DNA of 40,432 nucleotides from an uncultured Thermoleophilia bacterium (GCA_963715985.1 CAVQSP010000001.1:1-40432); one strand, 5' to 3'. Counted from the stretch's first letter, positions 10,154 to 19,965 are shown. Numbers and translations: made by a program. Notes: generated by a model from the sequence alone, not told the origin.

Positions 10154-10357
10154 ATGCAGTGTTATGTGTGCGCGAAGGCCGGCAAACAGACCGAAGCGGT
10201 CGGCATCTGTATCGTGTGCGGCATGGGTCTCTGCATGGATCACGCGCTCCGTGAGGATGTCGATCTCTGGGAAGGGGGCTACCCGTTCCCGAGCCAGAAG
10301 GCCAAGAAGAAGTTGCCGCGCATCCTCTGTGCGGAGTGCAAAGCGGTGGTGGGCTGA
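10154..10357 (+). CDS. DUF2180-like small Cys-rich (Zn-ribbon) protein, 67 aa
   Basis: MQCYVC..AVGICIVCGMGLCMDH..GGYPFP..LPRILCAEC; AAGGAGG RBS. Family recognised from memory. Confidence 0.75.
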   Translation: MQCYVCAKAGKQTEAVGICIVCGMGLCMDHALREDVDLWEGGYPFPSQKAKKKLPRILCAECKAVVG

Positions 10358-10480
10358 GCGGAGCCGTCTCGGGCTGAACTGGCCAGCCGGACCGCGTATC
10401 AGCGGTGACGAGGGCCGGAAGGCGATGTCCACAGGTGTATCCACGATCGGGAATCGGTCAATCAAGGTACGGAGGTAGAG

Positions 10481-12013
10481 ATGTCGCTGTACGAGAAGAT
10501 GATCAACGAGGCAGTCGGCGCGACCAAAGCGGTGTTCGGTGTGAACAAGGCCAACCGCGGCGGCACTTTCAAGGTCACCGATGCCAAGCCGTACGTCGAC
10601 GCCGTGAACAAGATGACGGCGTACGAGGGGCAGTCCCAGGAAGTCATCGACCTGCACGTGAAGTCGGTCAACGCCCACTTCGACGTCATGACCTCCCTCA
10701 CGGAAACGGTGCGTCCTGAGGACGATCCGTTCGTCGAGCACTATCAGACGCCGCCGATCCTCGAGATCATGTATGAAGAGGATCCCGCCTTTAAGGCTTC
10801 GATGTGGAAGTTCATCGACGCCATCGCCGCCAACAAGGCGCTCGTCGGCCTCGAGGCTGCGCGCCGCTACGGCGGCATGTACGGCCCGACGTGCGTCGTG
10901 GACTTCGCGATGTCGGTCGGCTCGGTGCCCAACCTCGTGAACCAGATCCTGGTCCCGATGGACATCCCGGCCGACCACAAGAAGACCATCCTCGCCTGCA
11001 AGTCGTGGGGCATGAACACCTCCTACGGCCTCGCCGGTGCCTTCCGCGCCGCCGTCGAGTCGGGCAAGACCCTGGCCGACGCTGAGCAGGCCGAGGTCGA
11101 CATGCTGCAGTTCGTGTACCGCGAGCCCTCCGCCGCGCAGGCGCAGCTCATGGCCACCCACAACCTCGGCGGCCACGGCCCGCACAGCTCCTTCGATGTG
11201 GTCAAGTACATGGCTCAGTACAAGGAGGCCATGCGTCCCACCATCGTCGCCGCCATGAAGGCCGGCGTGCACTACGCCAACATCACCGCCGTGCCCGCCT
11301 ACTGCGTCGGCGACGTCGCCCACCACATCGCGCAGTCGGCGTACAACATGTTCAACGACGACATGGTGTTCGCGATCTACGAGGCCGTCACCGGCGTGCT
11401 CGAGAACACGCTGAACCGCGCCCTCAAGGCCGACGCCTTCAAGGGCCCCTACGATGTGCTCTCCGTCGCCACCGGCTCCACCGCCTGCGCGACTGCCTAC
11501 ATCCTCTGGAAGGACAGCTTCACGGTCCCGATGGTCATCGACCTGCTCAACAAGCGCTTCCACAACTACGCCGCCATGCATCCGGATCGCGGCGAGGCCG
11601 ACGAGCTGCACAACGTCGACTTCATGGACATCCTCAAGCGCGGCGAGCACATCCTCGACATCAAGCCGATCGGCGCCGGCGGCAAGGTCAAGGGCGTCGA
11701 GGTCGACCTGAGCACGGTCGACGGCAACGATGTCATCAGCAACCCGCAGCGCTACACGTATCCGGCCTGTGCCATCACCCAGCGCTTCGCCGCCCTGATG
11801 ACGCTGTCCGACTTCCCGTGCTTCCTGACGCCTGAGTGCACGACGGCGACCCTCATGACCAACGCCATCGCCGTCGCTCCTGGCACTCCTGGCGCCCCGG
11901 TTCGTGCCTGCAAGGACTGCGCGACGTGCGCCCTGATCAAGAGGAACGTCCCCATGGCGACCGGTCGTGGTTCCGGCGCCGTGGGCTACTGCCAGTGGAA
12001 CGTGGCCGTCTGA
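10481..12013 (+). CDS. DUF2193-like protein, 510 aa, with C-terminal CxxCxxC
   Basis: LYEKMINEA..RG..FKVTDAKPYVDAV, PEDDPFVEHYQTP, YGPTCVVDFA, KSWGMNTSYG, C-terminal CKDCATC; GGAGG RBS; intact ORF. Family recognised from memory. Confidence 0.75.
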   Translation: MSLYEKMINEAVGATKAVFGVNKANRGGTFKVTDAKPYVDAVNKMTAYEGQSQEVIDLHVKSVNAHFDVMTSLTETVRPEDDPFVEHYQTPPILEIMYEEDPAFKASMWKFIDAIAANKALVGLEAARRYGGMYGPTCVVDFAMSVGSVPNLVNQILVPMDIPADHKKTILACKSWGMNTSYGLAGAFRAAVESGKTLADAEQAEVDMLQFVYREPSAAQAQLMATHNLGGHGPHSSFDVVKYMAQYKEAMRPTIVAAMKAGVHYANITAVPAYCVGDVAHHIAQSAYNMFNDDMVFAIYEAVTGVLENTLNRALKADAFKGPYDVLSVATGSTACATAYILWKDSFTVPMVIDLLNKRFHNYAAMHPDRGEADELHNVDFMDILKRGEHILDIKPIGAGGKVKGVEVDLSTVDGNDVISNPQRYTYPACAITQRFAALMTLSDFPCFLTPECTTATLMTNAIAVAPGTPGAPVRACKDCATCALIKRNVPMATGRGSGAVGYCQWNVAV

Positions 12014-12059
12014 GCAAGCCGGCCTTCGGGGCGCGCTGAGGGCTGCGCGCACCGGATCA

Positions 12060-12092
12060 TGCGGGGGCCGGGCTGAAGGCCCGGCCCCCGCA
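12060..12092 (+). terminator. GC-rich hairpin after DUF2193 (terminator or mRNA stabiliser)
   Basis: TGCGGGGGCCGGGC-TGAAG-GCCCGGCCCCCGCA, 14-bp perfect stem, no U tract. Confidence 0.6.
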
Positions 12093-12129
12093 CGGACCAC
12101 CCTGTCACTACGTTCCTGGAGGTAACACA

Positions 12130-12900
12130 GTGCCACAACCCACACTCGCGAAGCGGGCGATCACGGAATTGATCGGCACCTTCGTGCTCGTGTTCCTGGG
12201 CACCGGCTCCGTGGTGACCGTCGTCACGAAACTCGGATTCCTGGGCCCGACCGGCGGTGAAGGCACCGGGCTCGTCCCGGGAGGCCTGCTCCTCATCGGC
12301 CTCGCCTTCGGCTTCGCCGTGCTCGTCATGATCTACGCCTTCGGGCACATCTCCGGCACCCACATCAACCCTGTGGTGAGTATCTGCCTGTGGGCCACCG
12401 GCCGTTTCCCGGCCAAGGACATGGTCACGTACGTCGTCATGCAGCTCATCGGCGCCACAGCGGCCTCCCTCATTATCGCGGCCATCTGGGGTCAGGCGGC
12501 GATCGACGCAGGTCTGGGCATCACCCTGCCTGGCACCGGTATCAGCTATGGGATAGCTATTCTGTGCGAGCTCGTGACGACCGCCTTCCTGGTCATCGTC
12601 ATCTGGGGCTCCGCGGTCGACAGCCGGGCGCCGAGCGGCTTCGCCGGCGTCGCCATCGGCATCGTGGTCGCCGCAGACATCATGGTGACAGGCCCCATCA
12701 CCGGCGCCTCGATGAACACCGCGCGTTCGTTTGGGCCGTTCCTGGCCGAGACGATCTTGGGCGGCAAGAACGCCGACGGCGCTGCCATCGCCGACTGGGC
12801 CAAGTTCCCCATCTACATCATCGGGCCGATCGTCGGCGGTCTCATCGCCGCGTTCGTCTACGACTACATCTCGGGTATCAAGAACAAGGCGGCGGAGTAA
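12130..12900 (+). CDS. MIP/aquaporin family channel (AqpM-like)
   Basis: ELIGTFVLVFLG, GHISGTHINPV, GASMNTARSFGP, YIIGPIVG; multiple hydrophobic helices. Confidence 0.93.
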   Translation: MPQPTLAKRAITELIGTFVLVFLGTGSVVTVVTKLGFLGPTGGEGTGLVPGGLLLIGLAFGFAVLVMIYAFGHISGTHINPVVSICLWATGRFPAKDMVTYVVMQLIGATAASLIIAAIWGQAAIDAGLGITLPGTGISYGIAILCELVTTAFLVIVIWGSAVDSRAPSGFAGVAIGIVVAADIMVTGPITGASMNTARSFGPFLAETILGGKNADGAAIADWAKFPIYIIGPIVGGLIAAFVYDYISGIKNKAAE

Positions 12901-13048
12901 GCGATTCCGGCGTCGCTCAAGCGTGGCCGAATCTGGCCGCGGAGACATGACACTGAGGCGGGCGGGGGCGTGACGCACGTCGCGGATTCCCCCGCCCGCG
13001 CTCATATCGGAGCCAGGTGGCTGCAAGCGAGAGTCTGGCGGTGATCGC

Positions 13049-13660
13049 ATGGGCGGGACCGGCATCACGCTGCTGGGCATATCCGGGAGTCCTCGCCTGA
13101 AGTCCACGCACTACGCCGTCAACGAAGCTCTCGAGTACGCGCGAGACCGTCACGGCGTCGAGACCGATTACTTCAGCGTGCACAAGAACGCCATCGGATT
13201 CTGCACGCACTGCGACTTCTGCGTCAGGAAGAAGCAGGGCTGCATCCAGGACGACGCCATGCGCGAGGTCTACGAGAAGATGCTTCGAGCAGACGCCTGG
13301 ATCCTCGGCAGCCCCGTCTACCAGGGGCAAGTCAGCGGTCAGATGAAGACGCTCCTCGATCGCTGTCGCGCTGTGGTGGCTCGTGACGTACACGCGTTTC
13401 GCAACAAGGTGGGGATGGGCATCTGCATCGGCGGTGACCGCAGTGGCGGCCAGGAGCCGTCGCTGCAGTCGCTGGTCGACTTCTATCTCATCAACCAGAT
13501 GATCCCCGTCGGGGGCGGCGCGTTCGGCGCCAATCTCGGCGCCGCGATATGGTCGCGTGACAAGGGCGCCGACGGAGTCAAGGCGGACGATGAGGGTCTG
13601 GCGGCCGTGCATCGCGCCGTGGACCGTCTCGTTCACGTGGCGCGACTTCTCCGCCCGTGA
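13049..13660 (+). CDS. Iron-sulfur flavoprotein (Isf/flavodoxin-like)
   Basis: GISGSPR, CTHCDFCVRKKQGC cluster motif, GSPVY, KTLLDR, RSGGQE. Confidence 0.85.
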   Translation: MGGTGITLLGISGSPRLKSTHYAVNEALEYARDRHGVETDYFSVHKNAIGFCTHCDFCVRKKQGCIQDDAMREVYEKMLRADAWILGSPVYQGQVSGQMKTLLDRCRAVVARDVHAFRNKVGMGICIGGDRSGGQEPSLQSLVDFYLINQMIPVGGGAFGANLGAAIWSRDKGADGVKADDEGLAAVHRAVDRLVHVARLLRP

Positions 13661-13683
13661 CCCGCTGTGAGGAGGTCCACGAA

Positions 13684-14250
13684 ATGACACTGAAGGTCGT
13701 GTGGGGCATCAGCGGTTCCGGCGACAAGATGCCCGAGACCGTCGCCGCCATGGTGGAAGTGCAGAAGCGGCTCGACGTGGAGATCACGGCGGCCGTCTCC
13801 ATCGCCGGGGTGCGGGTGCTGCGCTGGTACAAACTGACCGAGACGGTGGAGGAGATCGCCAAGTCGGTGAAGATCGAAAAGGACGCCAACTCACCGTTCA
13901 TCACCGGGCCTCTGCAGATCGGTCAGTACGATTGCCTTCTGGTGGCGCCCGCGACTGCGAACTCGGTGGCCAAGATCGCACACGGGATCGAGGACACCAT
14001 GCTGACCAACGCCGTCGGTCAGACCGCCAAGTCCACGACGCCGATCTACATCATGCCGGTCGACCTCCGCCCGGGGACGACAGTCACGATGCGCCCGGGC
14101 GGCGAACGCCTCGAGCTCAAGATCCGCGAGATCGACGTGGAGAACACGAACAAGTTGCGGACGATGGAGGGGATCACGGTGTTCGAATCACCCTCCGAGA
14201 TCGAGGGCATCCTCCGCGCCTGCGCGGAACGGCGGGACGCCGCCTCGTGA
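13684..14250 (+). CDS. afpA: Archaeal-type flavoprotein AfpA (dihydromethanopterin reductase family)
   Basis: VVWGISGSGD, LQIGQYD.LLVAPATANSVAKIAHGI.DT.LTNAV, PVD; H4MPT cluster context. Confidence 0.8.
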   Translation: MTLKVVWGISGSGDKMPETVAAMVEVQKRLDVEITAAVSIAGVRVLRWYKLTETVEEIAKSVKIEKDANSPFITGPLQIGQYDCLLVAPATANSVAKIAHGIEDTMLTNAVGQTAKSTTPIYIMPVDLRPGTTVTMRPGGERLELKIREIDVENTNKLRTMEGITVFESPSEIEGILRACAERRDAAS

Positions 14251-15218
14251 GGGTGTCGGTCGCCACCGGTTGCAGGCTTCACCTGGGCTTCACCAATCTC
14301 AGCGACGACGTCGGTCGGTGCTTCGGGAGCATCGGCGTGGCTCTCGACCGCCCCAGCACGACGGTCGTGGTGGAGGAAGGCGGCGACGCGGCGACCATCG
14401 TCGGCGACGACCCGGAGCAGATCCGCTCCTGTCTGCGGCGCTTCTGTGAGCATTATCAGGTGGACCCGAGAGTCTCCATCGATGTCCGTGAGAGCATCCC
14501 CCAGCACGCGGGCCTTGGATCCGGCACCCAGCTCGCGCTGGCGATCGGTCTCGGTCTGGCCAGAGTCTGCGGCATCGACGCCGATGTGTGGGAGGTCGCC
14601 ACGGCCATGGGCAGGGGACGGCGCTCCGGGGTCGGGACCGCGGCCTTCCAGGCGGGCGGCTTCATCATGGACGCCGGCCATCGAAAGGGCCGCAGCGGAA
14701 GGGAGGCGGCGCCGACAGTCGTGTGGCGCCGGGACTTCCCCGCCGACTGGCGGTTCCTGGTCGTCCTGCCCGACGTCGAGAGAGGCATGAGCGGGCGCAG
14801 CGAAGAGGGGGTCTTCGGCGCCCTCCTGCCGTCGGTGCGGATCTCCGAAGAGGTGTGCCGGATCGCGCAGCTCAGACTCATGCCGGCTCTCGTAGAGCGC
14901 GACATCGAGGAGTTCGGGCGCGCTTTGACCGCTGTGGACCGCAAGACGGGCGAGTACTTCTCAGACGTGCAGGGCGGGCTCTACAGCGGAGGCGACGTCA
15001 ACGCCGTCATCGAGACGCTCTTGAGGGCGGGCGCCTACGGTGCCGGTCAGAGCTCGTGGGGCCCGGCCGTCTACGGTCTGGTGCACGAGCGGGACGCGGA
15101 GCGGGTCGAAATGGCCACCCGCGCGGCCCTGGCGGAGCAAGGCCTGGGGGCAGCGTTCTTCGTGAGCCACGGCCGCAACACCGAGGCAAGGGTAGAAGTG
15201 CCGAGGGCGGCCCTATGA
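14247..15218 (+). CDS. mptG: Beta-ribofuranosylaminobenzene 5'-phosphate (RFAP) synthase
   Basis: RLHLGF, FGSIG, PQHAGLGSGTQLAL (GHMP), RG.RSGVG, GGFI.D.G, GQSSWGP. Confidence 0.9.
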   Translation: MRVSVATGCRLHLGFTNLSDDVGRCFGSIGVALDRPSTTVVVEEGGDAATIVGDDPEQIRSCLRRFCEHYQVDPRVSIDVRESIPQHAGLGSGTQLALAIGLGLARVCGIDADVWEVATAMGRGRRSGVGTAAFQAGGFIMDAGHRKGRSGREAAPTVVWRRDFPADWRFLVVLPDVERGMSGRSEEGVFGALLPSVRISEEVCRIAQLRLMPALVERDIEEFGRALTAVDRKTGEYFSDVQGGLYSGGDVNAVIETLLRAGAYGAGQSSWGPAVYGLVHERDAERVEMATRAALAEQGLGAAFFVSHGRNTEARVEVPRAAL

Positions 15219-15800
15219 GTCCGGCTGGAGCTGCTGGAGCAACGCCTCCAGCGCCGTTTGGTAGGCCGACCCAGGGGCCACCTTGCGCACGACGCGGAGG
15301 TTCTCGGTGAGCGCCGTCAGCACGCTGGAAGCATCGACGCGCTCGATCCTCGTGAAGAGCACGAGACTCTCCAGCAGAAGCCCCTCCGCGCGATTGATGA
15401 GGCGCGGGGTGCCGTGGCACAGCACGCGCCTCACGCTGCCGACGACGCGCACGGTCTGGGCGTCGCGCGTCGTGCTCTTGAGGGTCAGCTCCACGGTGGC
15501 CGTGCAGCCGTCCACATGTGGGGCATGCTGGCCCGGCGCCTGTACGAACGTCAGGTCCCGCGGGGAACAGAGGGCCGCGTACAACATCGCAACGTCACGA
15601 GGGAAATTGGCCGCGAACTCGCCGTTGCGCAGGATGGCGGCCAGCGTGTGGGAGCCGTCGTACAGGTCCATCGACAGCTCATCGGCAGCGTCTGCCCACA
15701 CGCCCACGGGGGCAGCGTGGGGACCCCGCTGACCCAAGGTGGAGACCAGAGCTTCGTAGATCCAGCCCGGCCGCAGGCCGAGCACGTCGAGCTGGTGCAT
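15213..15800 (-). CDS. DUF447-like protein (orf22-type, H4MPT cluster)
   Basis: YEALVST..PHAAPVGV, split-barrel-like segment, NRA..LLE.LV..TRI. Confidence 0.7.
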   Translation of the reverse strand: MHQLDVLGLRPGWIYEALVSTLGQRGPHAAPVGVWADAADELSMDLYDGSHTLAAILRNGEFAANFPRDVAMLYAALCSPRDLTFVQAPGQHAPHVDGCTATVELTLKSTTRDAQTVRVVGSVRRVLCHGTPRLINRAEGLLLESLVLFTRIERVDASSVLTALTENLRVVRKVAPGSAYQTALEALLQQLQPDS

Positions 15801-15937
15801 GTGCCATCCTGTGCGCGGTGGCGGGTGACGCCTGTGAGGGTACGGACAAGTGAGACGGAGTGGGAGTATATCGTGGGCGGGCGCGAGCTGATGGGCGCCG
15901 GCCGACAGACGCTCTCACCACGGGAGGTGTGAGTGTC

Positions 15938-16799
15938 ATGAAGAAGATCCTCGTGCAGTTCGACAGCGATCGGGTCGCTGCCGTGTTCGATGCGGTCACG
16001 GCGTATGACGCCGGCATCGACGCGCTCCTGCAATACGGCGGTATCGAGCCCGGCGAAGTCCGCGACCTCGTGTACGGCGCCATGTTCACGCGCGGCCCCG
16101 CCGATCTCAAGAACACCGCCGTCTTCATCGGCGGCATCGACGTGGCCAAGGGCGAGGCGATCCTCCGCGAGGCGGTGGGCTCGTTCTTCGACCCCCTGCG
16201 CGTCTCCGTGATGCTCGACTCCAACGGCTGCAACACGACGGCGGCGGCGGCCGTGGTCAAGGTGATCTCGGCGGTGGCCGTGAGCGGGCAGAAGGTCGTG
16301 GTGCTGGCGGGTACCGGACCGGTGGGGCAGCGGGCCGCCGGACTGCTCGCGGCCGAGGGCGCTCAGGTGACCCTGACCTCACGTGACGATCGAGCGCGCC
16401 CAAGCGGCGTGCGCCGTCATCAAGGACCGTTTCGGCGCCGACGTGACGGCGGCAGTGGCGGACAACGAGGCCGCCACCGCGGCGGCGCTCGAAGGCGCGT
16501 GCGCCGCGGTGTGCACGGGCGTCGAGGGCATCCAGCTCGTACCTGAGAGCATCTGGCGGGAGCACCCGACACTGCGCGTGCTCGCCGACGTCAACGCGGT
16601 ACCGCCGCTGGGCGTCGAAGGTACGAAGGCGACGTGGAACGGTAAGGAGGTGGGCGACAAGCTGTTGTATGGCGCCCTCGGCATCGGCGATCTCAAGATG
16701 AAGGTGCACAAGCGCTCTATCGCCCGCCTCTTCGAGCGTAATGACCTCGTCCTCGACGCCGAGGGCATCATGGAGAGCGCCAAGGAGCTGGCCGGGTAG
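15938..16799 (+). CDS. mtd: NAD(P)-dependent methylene-H4MPT dehydrogenase, MtdA/B/C family, MtdC-like (frameshift near 16385)
   Basis: KKILVQFDSD...VFD, FTRGP.DLKNTAVFIGG, DSNGCNTTAAA, AGTGPVG, DVNAVPPLGVEG, GALGIG.LKMK.H. Confidence 0.9.
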
Positions 16800-17986
16800 T
16801 GCGCATCCTCGTCCTCGGAGTGAGCACCCGGGCGATGGTGGAATCGGCCGTCCGCGGCGGCCACGACGTGGTCGCCGCGGACTTCTTCGGGGACCGCGAT
16901 CAGGCGCGGCTCGCGGAGAGCTACGCTCTGCAACGCGACCTCGGTCTGCCGGCGACCGCGGAAGGCCTGGCGGCCGCGGCGCGGTGCCTCGAGGCCGACG
17001 CCATCGTGTACGGCTCGAATCTGGAGAACCATCCGCTGGTCATCGCCGAGCTCGCCGCCCATCGCCCGCTGTTGGGCAACGCGCCCGAAGTCGTGCGGCG
17101 CGTGCGCGACTGGGCGGTGCTGCGGCGTTTCTGTGGCGAGGCCGGGCTGTCGCATCCCGTGACCCTGCTCGCGGGTGAGGAACGCGCTGTGGGGCCGGGC
17201 CGCTGGCTGAGAAAGCGTGTGCGTAGCGGCGGCGGTCACGGCGTCCGCCGATGGGACGGCAAGGCGCTCGACGATGCCCACCTGCTTCAAGCCGAGGTCC
17301 GCGGTCGCCCTGCCTCGGTCGCGTTCGCGGCAGACGGCCGGCAGAGCCTGGTGTTCGGCGTCAGCGAGCAGCTCGTCGGGCGGGCGAGCCTCGGCGCCTC
17401 CGGCTTTTCGTGGTGCGGAAACCTGCTGCCGCTGGACCTCCCCGCCGCCGACGCCGCGTCCGTGCTTGCGCAGATCGACGAGATGGCGTCCGCGCTGACG
17501 GCTCACTTCGGACTCGTCGGCGTCAACGGGCTCGATATCGTGATCGGCCGCGACCCGGACGGAGTCGCGCGGCCGTATCTGCTCGAGGTCAATCCGCGGT
17601 TCAGCGGCTCCATGGAGCTTGCGGAACGCGCCTTCGGCGTGAACGTGTTCTCGTTGCACGTCGAGAGCGCCGCCGGGCGGCTGCCGCAGTGGGCTCCGGC
17701 CGCTCGCGACGGTCACGTCGGTAAGGGCATCGTCTACGCGCGGCGCCCGCTGACCGCCCCGGACGCGGGAGTGTGGATGGCTCGTGGTCTGCGCGACGTG
17801 CCGTCGACCGGTCTGCGGATAGCCGCCGGGCACCCCGTGTGCACCGTGCTGGCGCGGGGTGCCGACCGTCGAGAGTGCCTTGCCGGTCTCGTCTCGGCGG
17901 CGTCCGCAGTGTACGCCGACGCGGAGGCCGCCGAATTGTCGCGCAGCGAGAAGACCAGGTCCGCCGGTCGACACAGCTACGCGTAG
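16799..17986 (+). CDS. ATP-grasp ligase, OrfY/MyfB-like
   Basis: STRAM.ESA.RGG..V...DFFGD.D, GGGHGV, GLVGVNGLD, LEVNPRFSGS, G.PVCTV. Confidence 0.8.
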   Translation: MRILVLGVSTRAMVESAVRGGHDVVAADFFGDRDQARLAESYALQRDLGLPATAEGLAAAARCLEADAIVYGSNLENHPLVIAELAAHRPLLGNAPEVVRRVRDWAVLRRFCGEAGLSHPVTLLAGEERAVGPGRWLRKRVRSGGGHGVRRWDGKALDDAHLLQAEVRGRPASVAFAADGRQSLVFGVSEQLVGRASLGASGFSWCGNLLPLDLPAADAASVLAQIDEMASALTAHFGLVGVNGLDIVIGRDPDGVARPYLLEVNPRFSGSMELAERAFGVNVFSLHVESAAGRLPQWAPAARDGHVGKGIVYARRPLTAPDAGVWMARGLRDVPSTGLRIAAGHPVCTVLARGADRRECLAGLVSAASAVYADAEAAELSRSEKTRSAGRHSYA

Positions 17987-18330
17987 GCGGGCGGGAGGCA
18001 TGCATCATGCGAAGCATATGTCGCTCGACCGCCGTAGACGGGCGGGTGGTCGTCGCGTGCCGTTCTCTTTGCTCGAGCGCGAGCTTGTCATCGTGGACCT
18101 GGGGACGCACACTCACGTGAGAGTGCGTGATCCAGGAGTGTGGACCGTGAGGATCCACGGCTTTCGGCCTCGAGGCGGGGTACCCCGGCCGGGCGCCGGT
18201 CGAGCCTGGCACGGCGATCTGTTCACCGCCTGCGGCGGTGTGAAGTGAGCTTGAATGATAGGCAGTGCGTCCGGCGTCCACAGCGGGCGTCGGCCGGCGG
18301 CCGGGAGGTCGAGTGGGAGGAGGCTGTGCG

Positions 18331-19965
18331 ATGATGCTCGGTATTCTCGGTGGGCGGATCTACGACCCGCGCAACGGCAAAGACGGCGAGATCGGCGACA
18401 TCTGGGTGGAGGACGGCCGGGTCGTCGCGGCTGAGGACGTGGACCGCGAGACGGCGCAGACCGTCGACGCCACCGGCCTGGTGGTCATGCCGGGCGGCGT
18501 GGATATCCACGCGCACATCGTCGGCGGCGAGGTGAACTCGGGCCGCAAGCTACAGCCGGAGGATCACCGCGGGCACGAGCGCGCACGGTCCGGAGACCTC
18601 CGCGCGGGCACCGGTGGCGTCGTGCCGTCGACCCACCTCACCGGGTATCTCTACTCAGAGCTCGGCTACACCACGGTGATGCAGGCGTCCGCGGCGCCGC
18701 TGGCGGCGCGGCACGTCCACGAGGAGCTCGAGGACGTGCCGAACATCGACAAGGGCGCCCTCACCGTCATGGGCAACAACCACTTCGTCATGCAGGCCAT
18801 CGCCGACGGGCGGTACGACAAGGCCAAGGACTACGTTGCCTGGCTCCTCGGGGCCAGCCGCGGCTATGGCATCAAGGTCGTCAACCCGGGCGGCGTCGAG
18901 AACTGGAAGTGGGGCAAGAACGTCGCCGAGCTCGACGACGAGGTGATCGGCTACGGGGTCACCCCGCGGCAGATCGTGCAGACCCTGGCCCGGATCGCCG
19001 ACGATCTCGGGCTTCCGCACTCCGTGCACGTCCACGGCATCAATCTGGGGCGGCACACGAGCGCGCGCACGACCGTCGAGATGATCGACGCCCTCGACGG
19101 CCACCGTGCGCACCTCTGTCACCTTCAGTTCCTGAGCTACGGTGCCGGCCGCACGCATGTGCACAAGTCAGAGGCGGCCACCGTGGCGGCGGCGGTCAAC
19201 GCCAACCCCAACATCACCGTCGACGTCGGGCAGCTGGTCTTCGGCGATGCCACGACGATGACGTGCGACGGCCCCCTCCAGTACGCCCTTCATCGGACCA
19301 CCGGCCACAGGTGGGTCAATACCGACGTGGAGTCCGAGACCGGCGGCGGGATCGTGCCGATCACCTACAAGGCGAGCAATCCGATCAACGCCACGATGTG
19401 GCTGACCGGCATGGAGCTCTTCCTGCTCATCGACGACCCTTGGCGGGTCTTCTTGAGCACCGATCACCCCAACGCCGGTCCCTTCACGAGCTACCCACAG
19501 ATCATCAAACTGTTGATGGACCGCGAGTACCGGCGCGAGATGTTCGACAGCCTCAGCCCGCGGGCGCGGAAAGGAGCCCTGCTCCCCGAGCTGGACCGCG
19601 AGTACTCGCTGAACGAGATCGTCATCATCAGTCGCGCGGGTCCCGCGCGGACGCTGGGCCTCGAGCGCAAGGGCCATCTGGGTGTCGGCGCCGACGGCGA
19701 CATCGCCGTGTACGACGATCTCGCCGACAGGGAGGCCATGTTCGCGCGCCCGCGCTACGTGTACAAGGCCGGCGAGCTCGTGGCCCGCGACGGCGCCGTC
19801 GTCACGGACGTGAGCGGGCACGCCTTCTCCGTGGCGCCGGAGTACGACATCGCGCTCGAGGACGAGCTGCGCGAGCACTTCAGGGAGTGGTACACGGTGT
19901 CGTTCGACAACTACTCTGTTCTCGCCGGCGACGATCTCCCCACCGAGATCGTCGCCTGCACGTGA
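18331..19965 (+). CDS. fwdA: Formylmethanofuran dehydrogenase subunit A (amidohydrolase, FwdA/FhcA)
   Basis: GG.IYDP.NG, PGGVDIHAHI, GIKVVNPGG, LPHSVHVH, E.ETGGGIVP, STDHPNAGPF. Confidence 0.93.
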   Translation: MMLGILGGRIYDPRNGKDGEIGDIWVEDGRVVAAEDVDRETAQTVDATGLVVMPGGVDIHAHIVGGEVNSGRKLQPEDHRGHERARSGDLRAGTGGVVPSTHLTGYLYSELGYTTVMQASAAPLAARHVHEELEDVPNIDKGALTVMGNNHFVMQAIADGRYDKAKDYVAWLLGASRGYGIKVVNPGGVENWKWGKNVAELDDEVIGYGVTPRQIVQTLARIADDLGLPHSVHVHGINLGRHTSARTTVEMIDALDGHRAHLCHLQFLSYGAGRTHVHKSEAATVAAAVNANPNITVDVGQLVFGDATTMTCDGPLQYALHRTTGHRWVNTDVESETGGGIVPITYKASNPINATMWLTGMELFLLIDDPWRVFLSTDHPNAGPFTSYPQIIKLLMDREYRREMFDSLSPRARKGALLPELDREYSLNEIVIISRAGPARTLGLERKGHLGVGADGDIAVYDDLADREAMFARPRYVYKAGELVARDGAVVTDVSGHAFSVAPEYDIALEDELREHFREWYTVSFDNYSVLAGDDLPTEIVACT

